A stretch of 26,923 bases of DNA from a virus (Duplodnaviria; Caudoviricetes). Every line of letters begins with the position of its first letter. Position 1 is the stretch's first letter. The position numbers were made by a program, and so were the translations under genes. Below the pieces are notes generated by a model, which was given only the letters and a program-made list of their open reading frames with translations, was not told the origin of the DNA and did no database searches. Location: positions 1 through 26,923 of the IMG/VR virus record IMGVR_UViG_3300032316_000803, one strand, 5' to 3'. This document shows, piece by piece, positions 7,247 through 16,213 of the stretch.

Positions 7247-8350
7247 ATGGCCCGTACCAATCTTGGCAATAGCCCCGCGTTCCTCGCCTCGCAGGTTGCC
7301 CCTACGCTCGTGCGTGGCGGCACTGGCGTCGGCAAGTCCTCAACGTGGGAGGCTCTTGCCGCCGCACTGGAGCGGACGTTCGTCCCGCTGCTGGGTGCAA
7401 CGCACCTGCCCGAAGACTTCTCGGGCTATCCCACCCCGAACCACAAGGAAGGCATCGTGAACATGATGCCGACCTCGTGGGTCAAGAAGACGATGGACGG
7501 CAAGGCTCTGGTCCTCGTGGACGAGGTGACGAACGTGCCGTCTGCAACGCAGGCTGGCCTGCTGTCGGTCATCTCGGAGCGTCGGGTTGGCGACTACGTC
7601 ATGCCCGAATCCACTATGGTCGTCGGTGCCTGCAACCCGCCGGAACTGTGCCCCAATGCGGTGCCTCTGGCCCCTGCGATGCGGGCCCGGTTCTTCCACC
7701 ACGAGTGGGTCGTGGACTACGACCACTGGTTCTCCGGCCTGCGTGCAGGTTGCGAGTGGACGGCACCGGAGTTCCCGATTGTCCCTTCGCACTGGCGGGA
7801 CTTCCTGCCGCAGTTCGGCTCGCTCGCTGAGGCTTTCCTCCGGGCGGCACCCGACTGCCGTGAGAAGCTGCCGACTGACGATGAGACGATGTCGTTCCCG
7901 AACTGCCGCACATGGACGTACCTCGTCAAGTGCTTCGCTGCCGCAGCCGCCTGCGACTACGACCGCGAGCATCCCATGTACAAGGCTCTGGCTCTTGGCA
8001 ACGTGGGCGAGGCGGTTGGCGGTGAGTTCCTCCGCTACTGGCGGAACCTCGACCTCGCCAACCCGGAGTCGTTCCTGTCTGGCGACGAGCAGTACCAGTA
8101 CGTCAAGCGTCCCGACGCGAACATCTGCCTGCTCACGGGCTTGGTCAAGGGGCTGCGTGACAACACCAGCCCTGACCGCTGGGTCAATGCGGCGAAGGTG
8201 TTCGCGACTGTCGGGGAGCAGGAGATCGAGTCGTTTCTCATGCAGTTCAAGTCCTTCTGGCGTCCCGTCAAGGACGGCGGCGTGCGGCCTGACGGCTGGA
8301 CCCCGCCGAAGGACATCCTCGCCAAGCTGATGGCGTTGGTTCAGTCGTGA
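7247..8350 (+). CDS. MoxR/dynein-related AAA+ ATPase
   Basis: Walker A GGTGVGKS, Walker B LVLVDE, sensor I ACNP, arginine finger AMRARF; GAGGAG RBS. Confidence 0.9.
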   Translation: MARTNLGNSPAFLASQVAPTLVRGGTGVGKSSTWEALAAALERTFVPLLGATHLPEDFSGYPTPNHKEGIVNMMPTSWVKKTMDGKALVLVDEVTNVPSATQAGLLSVISERRVGDYVMPESTMVVGACNPPELCPNAVPLAPAMRARFFHHEWVVDYDHWFSGLRAGCEWTAPEFPIVPSHWRDFLPQFGSLAEAFLRAAPDCREKLPTDDETMSFPNCRTWTYLVKCFAAAAACDYDREHPMYKALALGNVGEAVGGEFLRYWRNLDLANPESFLSGDEQYQYVKRPDANICLLTGLVKGLRDNTSPDRWVNAAKVFATVGEQEIESFLMQFKSFWRPVKDGGVRPDGWTPPKDILAKLMALVQS

Positions 8351-8373
8351 TCCACACACACAAGGAGACACAC

Positions 8374-8670
8374 ATGACACACACACCCGGCGAGTGGGGA
8401 TATGACGGCACTGGCTGCATCTACAGCCACTCTCTGCCTCGCGAGGATTGCGTGATTGCGGAGTTGCAGCAGGCAAGTGAGGACTGGGAGGCGGACGGTC
8501 ATCTGTTAGCGGCTGCCCCTGAGTTGCTGGCTGCGTTGCGGCAGGCCAAGTCCGAACTGCTGGACTTGTACGAGGAGGCGCATCCAGACGACGAGTCCGA
8601 CAACTCGGTGACGGCAGCGATTGACCGTGCCATAGCGGCAATCAAAAAAGCAGAAGGGAGGAGCGAGTGA
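8374..8670 (+). CDS. hypothetical phage protein (HTPG.W / AAAPELL type)
   Basis: AAGGAG RBS before ATG 8374; HTPGEW...LLAAAPELLAALR pattern common in phage small proteins. Confidence 0.8.
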   Translation: MTHTPGEWGYDGTGCIYSHSLPREDCVIAELQQASEDWEADGHLLAAAPELLAALRQAKSELLDLYEEAHPDDESDNSVTAAIDRAIAAIKKAEGRSE

Positions 8671-8906
8671 TGTGCAGCCAAATGAACTGGCATGACTACG
8701 GACTGCCGGACCAGCCATACACCGTGCCAGACAGTCAGCGGCGGGTACTCGTCGCACAGGACGATGGATACATCGAGATCGGCTACTGGGACGGAGCCCG
8801 GTTCTGGTTCGACTATCCCACGCTGGCGGACGCCACGATACCTCGCGTGAGGTACTGGGCAGACATTCCACAGGCACCTACGGAGGGCGGCACATCGCCG
8901 TTCTGA
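8667..8906 (+). CDS. small phage protein, DUF551-like
   Basis: W..LP..VLV..G....G.WDG..W...V.YWADIP.AP pattern; GGAGGAG RBS. Confidence 0.7.
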   Translation: MMCSQMNWHDYGLPDQPYTVPDSQRRVLVAQDDGYIEIGYWDGARFWFDYPTLADATIPRVRYWADIPQAPTEGGTSPF

Positions 8907-8907
8907 C

Positions 8908-9057
8908 ATGAACAGGCCGACCGATCACGAATTGCTTATGGCTTCGGTGGAGGCCATGCAAACAAATCTCGCCAACATCTACGCCACATTGAAGGACATG
9001 GCGGAACTGATTCGAGACTTGATTGAGGAGATTCACAGAACTGGGAGGAACACATGA
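8908..9057 (+). CDS. 49-aa helical hypothetical protein (not in ORF track)
   Basis: ATG 8908 MNRPTDHELLMASVEAMQ...GRNT; stop overlaps next ATG (ATGA). Confidence 0.6.
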   Translation: MNRPTDHELLMASVEAMQTNLANIYATLKDMAELIRDLIEEIHRTGRNT

Positions 9058-10478
9058 CGCCACGACAGCTACTGGGCCAAGCACGGGTGCATACATTCGA
9101 GTATGTCCCGTACCTTGCGTCCTACATCTACAGCCTGCGAGAGCAGGAGACTCCGGGCATCGGCACGGCGGCAGTGGACGAAGCAGGGAACCTCTACTGG
9201 TGCCCGAAGTTCGTCGCTGAAATCGGCAAGGAGCAGGCGGCTTACCTCGTGGCACACGAGGCACTGCACCTTGTCTACAACCACCACTCCCGGTCGCGGG
9301 AGATCATTGGCGAACACCCGGACGAGTTCAACAAGTACGTCTGCAACGTGGCTGGCGACCTCGTGATCGAGCAGACGCTCCACATGATGCGACACCTGCG
9401 ACCGGCAGGCGCAGTCTACTTGGGGTGCGAGATCGCCTCATGGGGCATCAAGCTCGACTTCCCCGAGAACAAGTCGATGCAGGAGTATTACCGCCTCATC
9501 CTTGAGAAGCTCAAGGGCAGGCCGCAGCAGCAACCGGATTCGACACCGCAACAGCAGGAGAGCAGCAATGGAAGCGACGAAGGCGACGGCGATGGCACTG
9601 ACGACACCGATGACGGCCAGCCCGGCGGACAGGGCGAGGGCGAGCAGGATGATGGCTCGCAAGATACGCCTCCAAGCGGAGCGGGATCGCCTGCGTCTGG
9701 GAAGGGCGAGGCATCGCCACAACCGGGCGCTCCGGGAACTGGCGGCTCGTGTGCGGACGGCCAGCCCCGCCCCTACGAGATAGCCGACGACGGCTCGTGG
9801 GAGACATGGGGCAACGACATGGCCGCAGCGAAGGCTGAGGAGTCTATCGCTGAGTACGAGCAGCAGCACGGCATAGGCTCTGTCCCGGGCGGCATCAAGC
9901 AGGCACTCAACTGCAAGCTGCGACCGCAGCCAGACCCGTTCGACCAGTTGCGGTCGGCGGTGTGCAGCAGCGTGGCCTCGCCGGTCGGCGGCAGGGACTT
10001 CTCCCACCGTCGCCGGTCCCGCAAGCAGCCGCCGGGCGACAACGATCCGCTCCTGCACGGCCGCATAACCGTGCAGCCGCACGCCGTCGTGATCGTGGAT
10101 ACCTCCGGGTCGATGATGAACAAGGACACAATGGCCCGCGCACTGGCTGTCGTCGGTCAGGGAATCCGCAAGCTATCTAGGGTCAAGGTGTTCTGCGCCG
10201 ACACCCGCGTTCGGTCGCACGCTTCGGTCGCCACGACCAAGACGTTCGACTGGTGCGGCGGCGGCGGCACGAACATGGCCCGTGCCATCGAGGAGGTGGA
10301 CCGGACTGACAAGCCCGACTCCATCATCCTCATCACTGATGCGGAAACCGGCTGGCCCGACAAGAAGCCGCACGCCCGCGTCGTCGTGGCCTACACAGGA
10401 TCGGTCGGCAGTTCATGGCACCAACGCATCCCGTCATGGTGCCGCACCGTAGCACTGCAAGGAGGAGGCAATGCCTAA
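9054..10478 (+). CDS. metallopeptidase-VWA protein (DUF2201-like)
   Basis: HEALH (HExxH) and NVAGDLVI in the N-terminal domain; acidic Gly/Gln linker; MIDAS DTSGSM, GGGGTN, LITD; usual partner of the upstream AAA+. Confidence 0.9.
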   Translation: MTPRQLLGQARVHTFEYVPYLASYIYSLREQETPGIGTAAVDEAGNLYWCPKFVAEIGKEQAAYLVAHEALHLVYNHHSRSREIIGEHPDEFNKYVCNVAGDLVIEQTLHMMRHLRPAGAVYLGCEIASWGIKLDFPENKSMQEYYRLILEKLKGRPQQQPDSTPQQQESSNGSDEGDGDGTDDTDDGQPGGQGEGEQDDGSQDTPPSGAGSPASGKGEASPQPGAPGTGGSCADGQPRPYEIADDGSWETWGNDMAAAKAEESIAEYEQQHGIGSVPGGIKQALNCKLRPQPDPFDQLRSAVCSSVASPVGGRDFSHRRRSRKQPPGDNDPLLHGRITVQPHAVVIVDTSGSMMNKDTMARALAVVGQGIRKLSRVKVFCADTRVRSHASVATTKTFDWCGGGGTNMARAIEEVDRTDKPDSIILITDAETGWPDKKPHARVVVAYTGSVGSSWHQRIPSWCRTVALQGGGNA

Positions 10479-11367
10479 GACAGAGAAGAAGGTCTACACG
10501 TTCGATCAACTGGACAAGATTCTGTGCAGGCGAGGTGAGACAGATGGGTACTTGTGCATCACCCGCCTGCGCGGCAGCGCATGGGTGACCGCACTGGCGT
10601 CTGGCGGCAACCTCATCCGCATCAAGTACAGCACAGACAAAGCTCAGTTCGACATCGCCCGCGTATACCGCGTGCATGGTGGCGAAACTGTGTACGCCGT
10701 GTTGGGATGCCCTGAGGAAATCCGCAAACAGCCCAAGTACAGGCAAGCCTACCGTGCGTATGTGAGTCGCCTCACTCCGCTGACGCTGACGAGCCGCTCA
10801 TCGCTGCGATACGCTGCTACGCTCGTGCGAGTCAGCGATGGAGAGGAGGTACAGGCTGCGCTCCCATCAGTCTTGACGCCAGTCGGTCCTCACAACTGCT
10901 CTCGCCTTCAACCGACCTGCATTGTCCCGTCGTGCGTAAAGTGGCTTGAAAGCTGGCGGACATCGCTGCCGACGTTCGCAGCCCGAAGCCGTGCGTTCCA
11001 CTCGAACCTTCGCAGGGAACTGGGCAGCGGCCTGCCATGCGAGATGCAGTTGCTCACGCGAGAGCAGGGAGCCAAGACGGGTTGGCGAAACTTCCCCCCC
11101 ACCCAAGCGGGGATGTACGCGCATGTCTGCACGCCGCCGACGGCCCACTCGATTGGCCGCAGGCTGCTGATAGTGACCTGTCCGCACAGCTTGGAGTCTC
11201 GCAGGCACTTCGGCGTTGACGGCGACTACGGCCTCAAGCACTCGCAGTTCGCGGCGTTCGAGGCGGACGGCAAGAACCTACACATCCGCTGGCCCTGCGC
11301 CCGAGACGCCATAGCGGGAATAAAGGAGTGGGTTCTTTCGACCGTCTACATTCCCGGCCCCATGTAA
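10471..11367 (+). CDS. hypothetical protein (298 aa)
   Basis: AAGGAGGAGG RBS, 8-nt overlap with upstream gene; no recognised motif. Confidence 0.75.
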   Translation: MPKTEKKVYTFDQLDKILCRRGETDGYLCITRLRGSAWVTALASGGNLIRIKYSTDKAQFDIARVYRVHGGETVYAVLGCPEEIRKQPKYRQAYRAYVSRLTPLTLTSRSSLRYAATLVRVSDGEEVQAALPSVLTPVGPHNCSRLQPTCIVPSCVKWLESWRTSLPTFAARSRAFHSNLRRELGSGLPCEMQLLTREQGAKTGWRNFPPTQAGMYAHVCTPPTAHSIGRRLLIVTCPHSLESRRHFGVDGDYGLKHSQFAAFEADGKNLHIRWPCARDAIAGIKEWVLSTVYIPGPM

Positions 11368-11379
11368 GGAGATTCCATC

Positions 11380-11559
11380 ATGTTCACATGGTTCATTCGC
11401 ATCGCAGTCTTTTGTTTTATGGCGTGGACAATGTCCATTCCGGGAACGGAGTGCTACATCTCGCCACTGCACTGGTCGATTCTGATTTTCATTTACTGGT
11501 TCGCCACGCACCCCATGCACGAGACGTTCTACTTCACACGCACCGACCGAAGGAGGTGA
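11380..11559 (+). CDS. 59-aa membrane protein (not in ORF track)
   Basis: TAAGGAG RBS; MFTWFIRIAVFCFMAWTMS...HWSILIFIYWFA has two hydrophobic stretches. Confidence 0.65.
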   Translation: MFTWFIRIAVFCFMAWTMSIPGTECYISPLHWSILIFIYWFATHPMHETFYFTRTDRRR

Positions 11560-11563
11560 TCCC

Positions 11564-12301
11564 ATGCCTGTTGTATATTGCTACGGCCGGGCCAGCACCA
11601 GCAGCCAGACGCTCACGGAGGCTCACCAGCGGGCCGCCTGCGAGGAGTACGTCACCCGCTCGCTGGTGCCTGACGGCTACACCTACGGTGGCTGGCTCTA
11701 CGACTCAGCCACCAGCGGCAGCAAGCCGATGTTCGAGCGTGACGAGGGCCGAAAGCTGTGGGCACTCGTTCAGCCCGGAGACAAGATCGTCTGGGCCAAG
11801 CTGGACCGTGCGTTCCGCTCTGTGCTGGACGCCTCGCAGACGATGCTGCTGCTGACGCACAAGGACGTTTCCTTCAACTCGCTGGACTTGGGGCTCGACA
11901 CAAGCACGCCAATCGGACGCTGCGTGTTCACGATCCTCACGGCATTCGCTGAACTCGAACTGGAGTTCATCCGGCAGCGGACCCGTGACGGGCTGCTGGC
12001 AAAACGCAAGAGCGGCAAGCCGACTGGGCGACACGCCCCAATCGGCTGGCGGAAGGTTGGCCTCAAGGAGGATTCCTACTACCTGCCAGACCAGTCGGAG
12101 CGTGAGCAGGTGGGGGAACTCGTCGCCATGCGGCGGGCCGGTGCCTCGCTCGAACGTCTAACGCTTCACATGGTTGGCCGCAGGAGGCCCAACGGCAAGA
12201 AGTGGAACATCAACAGCATCACGCGGGCGCTCATAGCGGCTGAACGTCACTTTCCAAAATCGTTCGTAGCACCGAAAGGGCGATCTCCAGCCGCCGTCTG
12301 A
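11564..12301 (+). CDS. serine recombinase (resolvase/invertase family)
   Basis: YCYGRAST (catalytic Ser), DSATSGS, GDKIVWAKLDRAFRS, FAELELEFIRQRTRDGL; AAGGAGGT RBS. Confidence 0.92.
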   Translation: MPVVYCYGRASTSSQTLTEAHQRAACEEYVTRSLVPDGYTYGGWLYDSATSGSKPMFERDEGRKLWALVQPGDKIVWAKLDRAFRSVLDASQTMLLLTHKDVSFNSLDLGLDTSTPIGRCVFTILTAFAELELEFIRQRTRDGLLAKRKSGKPTGRHAPIGWRKVGLKEDSYYLPDQSEREQVGELVAMRRAGASLERLTLHMVGRRRPNGKKWNINSITRALIAAERHFPKSFVAPKGRSPAAV

Positions 12302-12749
12302 TAGTCCTCTGGTCGCAGCCGACCTGCTCCCCGATTTCGCGTAACGACTGGCCCTTGTAGAACCGCAACTGGATCAGTCGCCGCGACTTCGGGGGCAGGC
12401 GAGCTATCGCACAGTGCAGCTTGCCGGAGGACTGGCTTTTGGAGGCCGCGAGATACTCCGCAAGCTCCATCGGTATGCGTGCCGCTGACCCGTACCGCAT
12501 CGCCCTATTGCGGTCTACCTCCCGGAGCAATGCGTTGCGGACCGCTACCGAGAAGTACGTCGTAATCCGAGATTTCTCCGGGTTGTACGTTCTCGCCGCA
12601 CGGCACAGCGCCAGATACGCCACGCTGGTGGAGTCTATCGCGTCCAGTTGCTTGCGAAGCGTCGGATACCGGAGCCGAAAGGCCGAAATCACCTTCGGCA
12701 CAATGGCTACAGCCTGTTCCACTACGCTACGTTGGTCGTCCGTCAGCAT
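12231..12749 (-). CDS. phage sigma-70 family RNA polymerase sigma factor (172 aa)
   Basis: Region 2-like AYLALCRAARTYNPEKSRITTYFSVAVRNAL; region 4 LPPKSRRLIQLRFYKGQSLREIGEQVG; start placed at ATG 12749 so it does not overlap the upstream gene. Confidence 0.85.
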   Translation of the reverse strand: MLTDDQRSVVEQAVAIVPKVISAFRLRYPTLRKQLDAIDSTSVAYLALCRAARTYNPEKSRITTYFSVAVRNALLREVDRNRAMRYGSAARIPMELAEYLAASKSQSSGKLHCAIARLPPKSRRLIQLRFYKGQSLREIGEQVGCDQRTIRRRLEIALSVLRTILESDVQPL

Positions 12750-12787
12750 CCACCCATGCGACCACGCGCCGGGCGATCTAGGAAGCC

Positions 12788-15700
12788 TTAGAAAGGCGCA
12801 GTCGGCGGGGTGAAGTTCGTCGTGTAAGCGGCGTAACCCTTGATGATGCGAAGTTCGTCGATGTAGCCCGTGTAATCCCAAAACGCCAGACCTGACGCAT
12901 TGTGCCGGTTCCCGATAGTTACGGTCGTGGAGTCCGAAAAATTGTTCGGGAGCGACGCTGAGCCATTCGCGATTCCGTTGACAAACGCTGTCAGCACGCC
13001 GCCCTCCCGCACCCATGCAACGTGAACCCACTGGTTGAGCGGAACAGACAACCCGGTGCCAACGAAGCTCCCTGAATAAACCGCCCCTCCAGCATTGGCA
13101 AGAAAAATGATTCCCGCTGCGGCGGTGTGGTCGCCTATCTCCAGAATCGCTGGATAATCACCACCGCCAGTCATCCGCAACCACGCCTCCACAGTGAAGT
13201 CGCCTGTCCCAAACGCCAAGTCGCCGTCTACGGAAAGCGACGATCCGGAAGACGCGCCGGGAGTAAAGCAGCTTGCCCCGCCGAACTTGCTTTGCGCCGT
13301 GCTGACCTCTGCGCCACCGACTGCCGTAACCGTCAACGCATTGGCTGACGAATCCGTGAACGTCGTGCTTTCATTCGCCCCATCCATGTGGAGGAGCAAC
13401 GCGGGTGGCGGCGGCGGGTTGGAGTGCGGCTGCGTCGGTGGCGTGAAGTTCGCGGTGTAAGCGGCGTAGCCTTTGAGGATACGGAATTCGTCGATGTAGC
13501 CGACGAAATCTAAGGCTGCGGTCAGGCCACCCCAGTATCCACCAACGTGGAAATTCAACCCCTGCGAGCCCGCTATGCTGGCAGACGCGGTTTTGTTGAA
13601 CGCTTCAACGCCATCTATGAATATCCGCCACGCGGTTCCATTGCGCGTAATGGCAACGTGGCACCACTGGTTTTTTGGAGCGGCGAACGAGGTAGTGCCG
13701 TCTTGCCCATCGCCCACATCGACAGTGAATACGTCCCAGCTAGAGCCGTTGGTAGACACAAGGAGGCAAAGTTTGTCCCCAGCACTGTTCCCGTAGTCGC
13801 CCACCATTCCAATCCTGTAGTCATTAGACCACGAGAAGACCGCAGAGCCGCTCACCCAGTACATATTCCATTCGATTGTAAAGTCCTCGTTTCCAAAGGA
13901 AAGCGAGGGGTCGTAAGGGATCGCTAAGTGATCTCCGCCACCGAAATAAGCACTCGCCCCGCCGAACTTGCTCTGCGTCGTGCTGATGGCTGCCTCACCG
14001 ACGGGTGTCACCGTCAACGCATTGGCAGACGAATCCGTAAACGTCGTGCTTTCGTTCGCTCCATCCATGTGGAGGAGCAACTCCATGCCCGGCGCAACCG
14101 GGTCCGCGTACGGCTGTGTCGGCGGGGTGAAGTTCGCCGTGTAGAGGCACTCGCCTTTGACAACCCGCAGTTCGTCCATCCAGCCGGTGAAGGACTCGCC
14201 ACTCCACTGCTTGCCAATGCTCGCGATGTTCGCGGTGAACTCCTGCGTCACGGTGTCGGAGTCCACCACTACTCCGTTGATGAACAGCCGCATCATGCTG
14301 GCGGAATCTCGTGTGACCGCAACGTGGACCCACTCGTCCGTCGGGAACGCTGTTGGGTCTTGCAGGAGAGCGGCGAAATTTTCTACCTGTAGCTGCTCGT
14401 TGGGATAGATCGTCAGGGCAAAGCGGGTAGCCGGGTAATCGCCGTAGGTTCCAAACTCAAGAAGGTTCTTGTATGTCGAACCGCCAGTCACATGCACCCA
14501 GAAGTCCACCGTGAATTGGCCGGTCCCAAATGAGAGGGCTTCAACCGGCGAGCCATCGTCGTCAACTACAGTCAAGCGCGCGTCATCAAAGTAACCACTG
14601 GCCCCTCCGAACTTGCTCTGGTCTGTGCTGGTCATCGCGTCATACGGCGTGATGGTCAGCGGCGTGTAAGCCGAATTGGTGAACACGGCCCCCTCGTCCG
14701 CACCGTCAAAGTGCAGGAGGAGCGTCACTCCCGGAGACGCAAGCGTCACGCCGTCGCTTACCGCGCTCAACGCCCCAAGCCCAATGGCGTTGACGGCCCT
14801 AACCCTAAACTTGTACTCGTTGCCGCTGGTTAGGCCGGTAATGGTGGCGGACGTTGTGTCGCTCACGATGTCCGCGAACGTAGTCCACGTTGCTCCATCG
14901 TCGTCAGAGTACTGGATTGTGTAGTCCGTTATCGGCGGAACTGAACCTCCGGCCGGTGCAGACCACGACAAGAGGATGTTGTTCCCGCTAACTTCTCCCG
15001 CCACGCCGGTTGGCGGATTGGGGAGGAACGAATCCCAGCGGGGATCGTCTGCCGTAGTCAGAGTCGTCCCGTCCGCGAACTTGATGCCGTCCGCGTTGAT
15101 CTCTACGTTGTCCGTTCCCTCGCCCGGAAACTCAATGGGCGAGTCGCAGTAGATCGGCAGCGGAGTTCCGGTCGTGTCGTTGATGAAGACATTTCGCAGA
15201 TGACTGGCCTGCCAGTTCAACTGGTAGCCGACGGCGCAGACGAGCGAGACGCCGCCGTTTCCGTACAGCCCGATGTCGAACGTGCCTACGGTGACTTGCG
15301 TTCCATTGACGAACGTAAGCCCGCTGCCGCCTGCATCGGCAACGGTGAAACCGCCGTCGTAGTTCGGCAAGTAGTCCGCTCCGTTGCCGCCAGCCCCTTC
15401 GTTCGGGGTTGGGGCTTCCGCGCTAACCGGCACCCAGCCAGACAGCGGGAATGTGGTGGCGTCAGTAGAGGGGTTCGTGAAGTATGTATACGGCCAGTCG
15501 GCTCCGACTACGAGACGCCAGTAATTGACCGGCGGGTCTGTCGTGGCGTCGTTGTCAGGGTCTGCCCCCCACCCGCTGCGGTTTCCCGGCGCGAGGAAAT
15601 AAGCGATGCCGTTCCAGCCGGGATTCGGATAACCCATCGACACCGGGTTGGCGAGGTAGTAGTTGAACGTACCCGGCTCTGGTGTGTGCATCCCCTGTTG

Positions 15701-16057
15701 GCCGTTGCTAAAGGCCGCTGGGCGAACCGCAACCGCCGTCCGAAGGTAGGTTCCGTTGAGGTCGGACCACTGCGTTCCAGATGGGTCGCCCCATCCCATG
15801 ATGCCAGCGATGTACCCGTCGCCCTCATTGGTGATTCCGCTTACCACCACAGCCTCACCGGCAAGCGTGAGAGCGTTGAAGGTCACGTTGTCGGTGGTGT
15901 TGAGAGACTGATCGTAGCCCGCAGACGACGCGAGCGCCGCGATCTGCCCAAGCGTCACCTTCTCGGTGAGCGTTCCCGCCGCGTTGTCCGCCGCCACTAC
16001 GGCGTTGGCGTTCGCAGACGAGGCCGCAGGCAGTTGTGTAATGGTTTTGTCAGCCAT
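12788..16057 (-). CDS. tail fibre/adhesin-like protein with FN3 and three LamG (ConA-like lectin) domains
   Basis: MADKTITQLPAA N-terminus; FN3 (LSWSAP..ITDYTIQYS..ITGLTSGNEYKFRVRAVNAIG); three LLLH.DG..QSKFGGAS..DFTVE.W..W.HVA..GYIDE.RI.KG..YTANFTPPT repeats. Confidence 0.88.
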   Translation of the reverse strand: MADKTITQLPAASSANANAVVAADNAAGTLTEKVTLGQIAALASSAGYDQSLNTTDNVTFNALTLAGEAVVVSGITNEGDGYIAGIMGWGDPSGTQWSDLNGTYLRTAVAVRPAAFSNGQQGMHTPEPGTFNYYLANPVSMGYPNPGWNGIAYFLAPGNRSGWGADPDNDATTDPPVNYWRLVVGADWPYTYFTNPSTDATTFPLSGWVPVSAEAPTPNEGAGGNGADYLPNYDGGFTVADAGGSGLTFVNGTQVTVGTFDIGLYGNGGVSLVCAVGYQLNWQASHLRNVFINDTTGTPLPIYCDSPIEFPGEGTDNVEINADGIKFADGTTLTTADDPRWDSFLPNPPTGVAGEVSGNNILLSWSAPAGGSVPPITDYTIQYSDDDGATWTTFADIVSDTTSATITGLTSGNEYKFRVRAVNAIGLGALSAVSDGVTLASPGVTLLLHFDGADEGAVFTNSAYTPLTITPYDAMTSTDQSKFGGASGYFDDARLTVVDDDGSPVEALSFGTGQFTVDFWVHVTGGSTYKNLLEFGTYGDYPATRFALTIYPNEQLQVENFAALLQDPTAFPTDEWVHVAVTRDSASMMRLFINGVVVDSDTVTQEFTANIASIGKQWSGESFTGWMDELRVVKGECLYTANFTPPTQPYADPVAPGMELLLHMDGANESTTFTDSSANALTVTPVGEAAISTTQSKFGGASAYFGGGDHLAIPYDPSLSFGNEDFTIEWNMYWVSGSAVFSWSNDYRIGMVGDYGNSAGDKLCLLVSTNGSSWDVFTVDVGDGQDGTTSFAAPKNQWCHVAITRNGTAWRIFIDGVEAFNKTASASIAGSQGLNFHVGGYWGGLTAALDFVGYIDEFRILKGYAAYTANFTPPTQPHSNPPPPPALLLHMDGANESTTFTDSSANALTVTAVGGAEVSTAQSKFGGASCFTPGASSGSSLSVDGDLAFGTGDFTVEAWLRMTGGGDYPAILEIGDHTAAAGIIFLANAGGAVYSGSFVGTGLSVPLNQWVHVAWVREGGVLTAFVNGIANGSASLPNNFSDSTTVTIGNRHNASGLAFWDYTGYIDELRIIKGYAAYTTNFTPPTAPF
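13275..14081. repeat. 126-nt imperfect direct repeats at LamG domain starts (13275-13400 and 13956-14081)
   Basis: Both encode LLLHMDGANESTTFTDSSANALTVT.VG.A..ST.QSKFGGA with high DNA identity; offset 681 nt. Confidence 0.8.
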
Positions 16058-16184
16058 CTTGGATAGTCCTTATAGGGTCGCCCGAAATAGTCACTAAGCG
16101 AAAGCCCGCGAGCGTGGCTAGAAAGCCGCCAAGCACAGCTATGGCCCTCACAAGTGGGCGCAGCAGTCGTGGCGACATCGGCAT
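16050..16184 (-). CDS. 44-aa protein beginning MPMSPRLLRP (not in ORF track)
   Basis: AGGA RBS; MPMSPRLLRPLVRAIAVLGGFLATLAGFRLVTISGDPIRTIQDG; stop overlaps the fibre gene start by 8 nt. Confidence 0.7.
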   Translation of the reverse strand: MPMSPRLLRPLVRAIAVLGGFLATLAGFRLVTISGDPIRTIQDG

Positions 16185-16213
16185 GATTCAAGTCCTGCTC
16201 TGTGATACGGCGG

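Noticed and set aside
2215-8641. Long alternative-frame ORFs (2215..3549 +, 3396..4778 -, 7340..8641 -)
   Set aside because: Shadow frames of GC-rich genes that have clear motifs and RBSs; only the last 74 codons of 2215..3549 look real.
11564-16057. Gin/Cin-type tail-fibre inversion system or diversity-generating retroelement
   Set aside because: No inverted crossover sites or inverted alternative fibre ends were seen; fibre repeats are direct and coding; no reverse transcriptase and no adenine-specific mismatch pattern.
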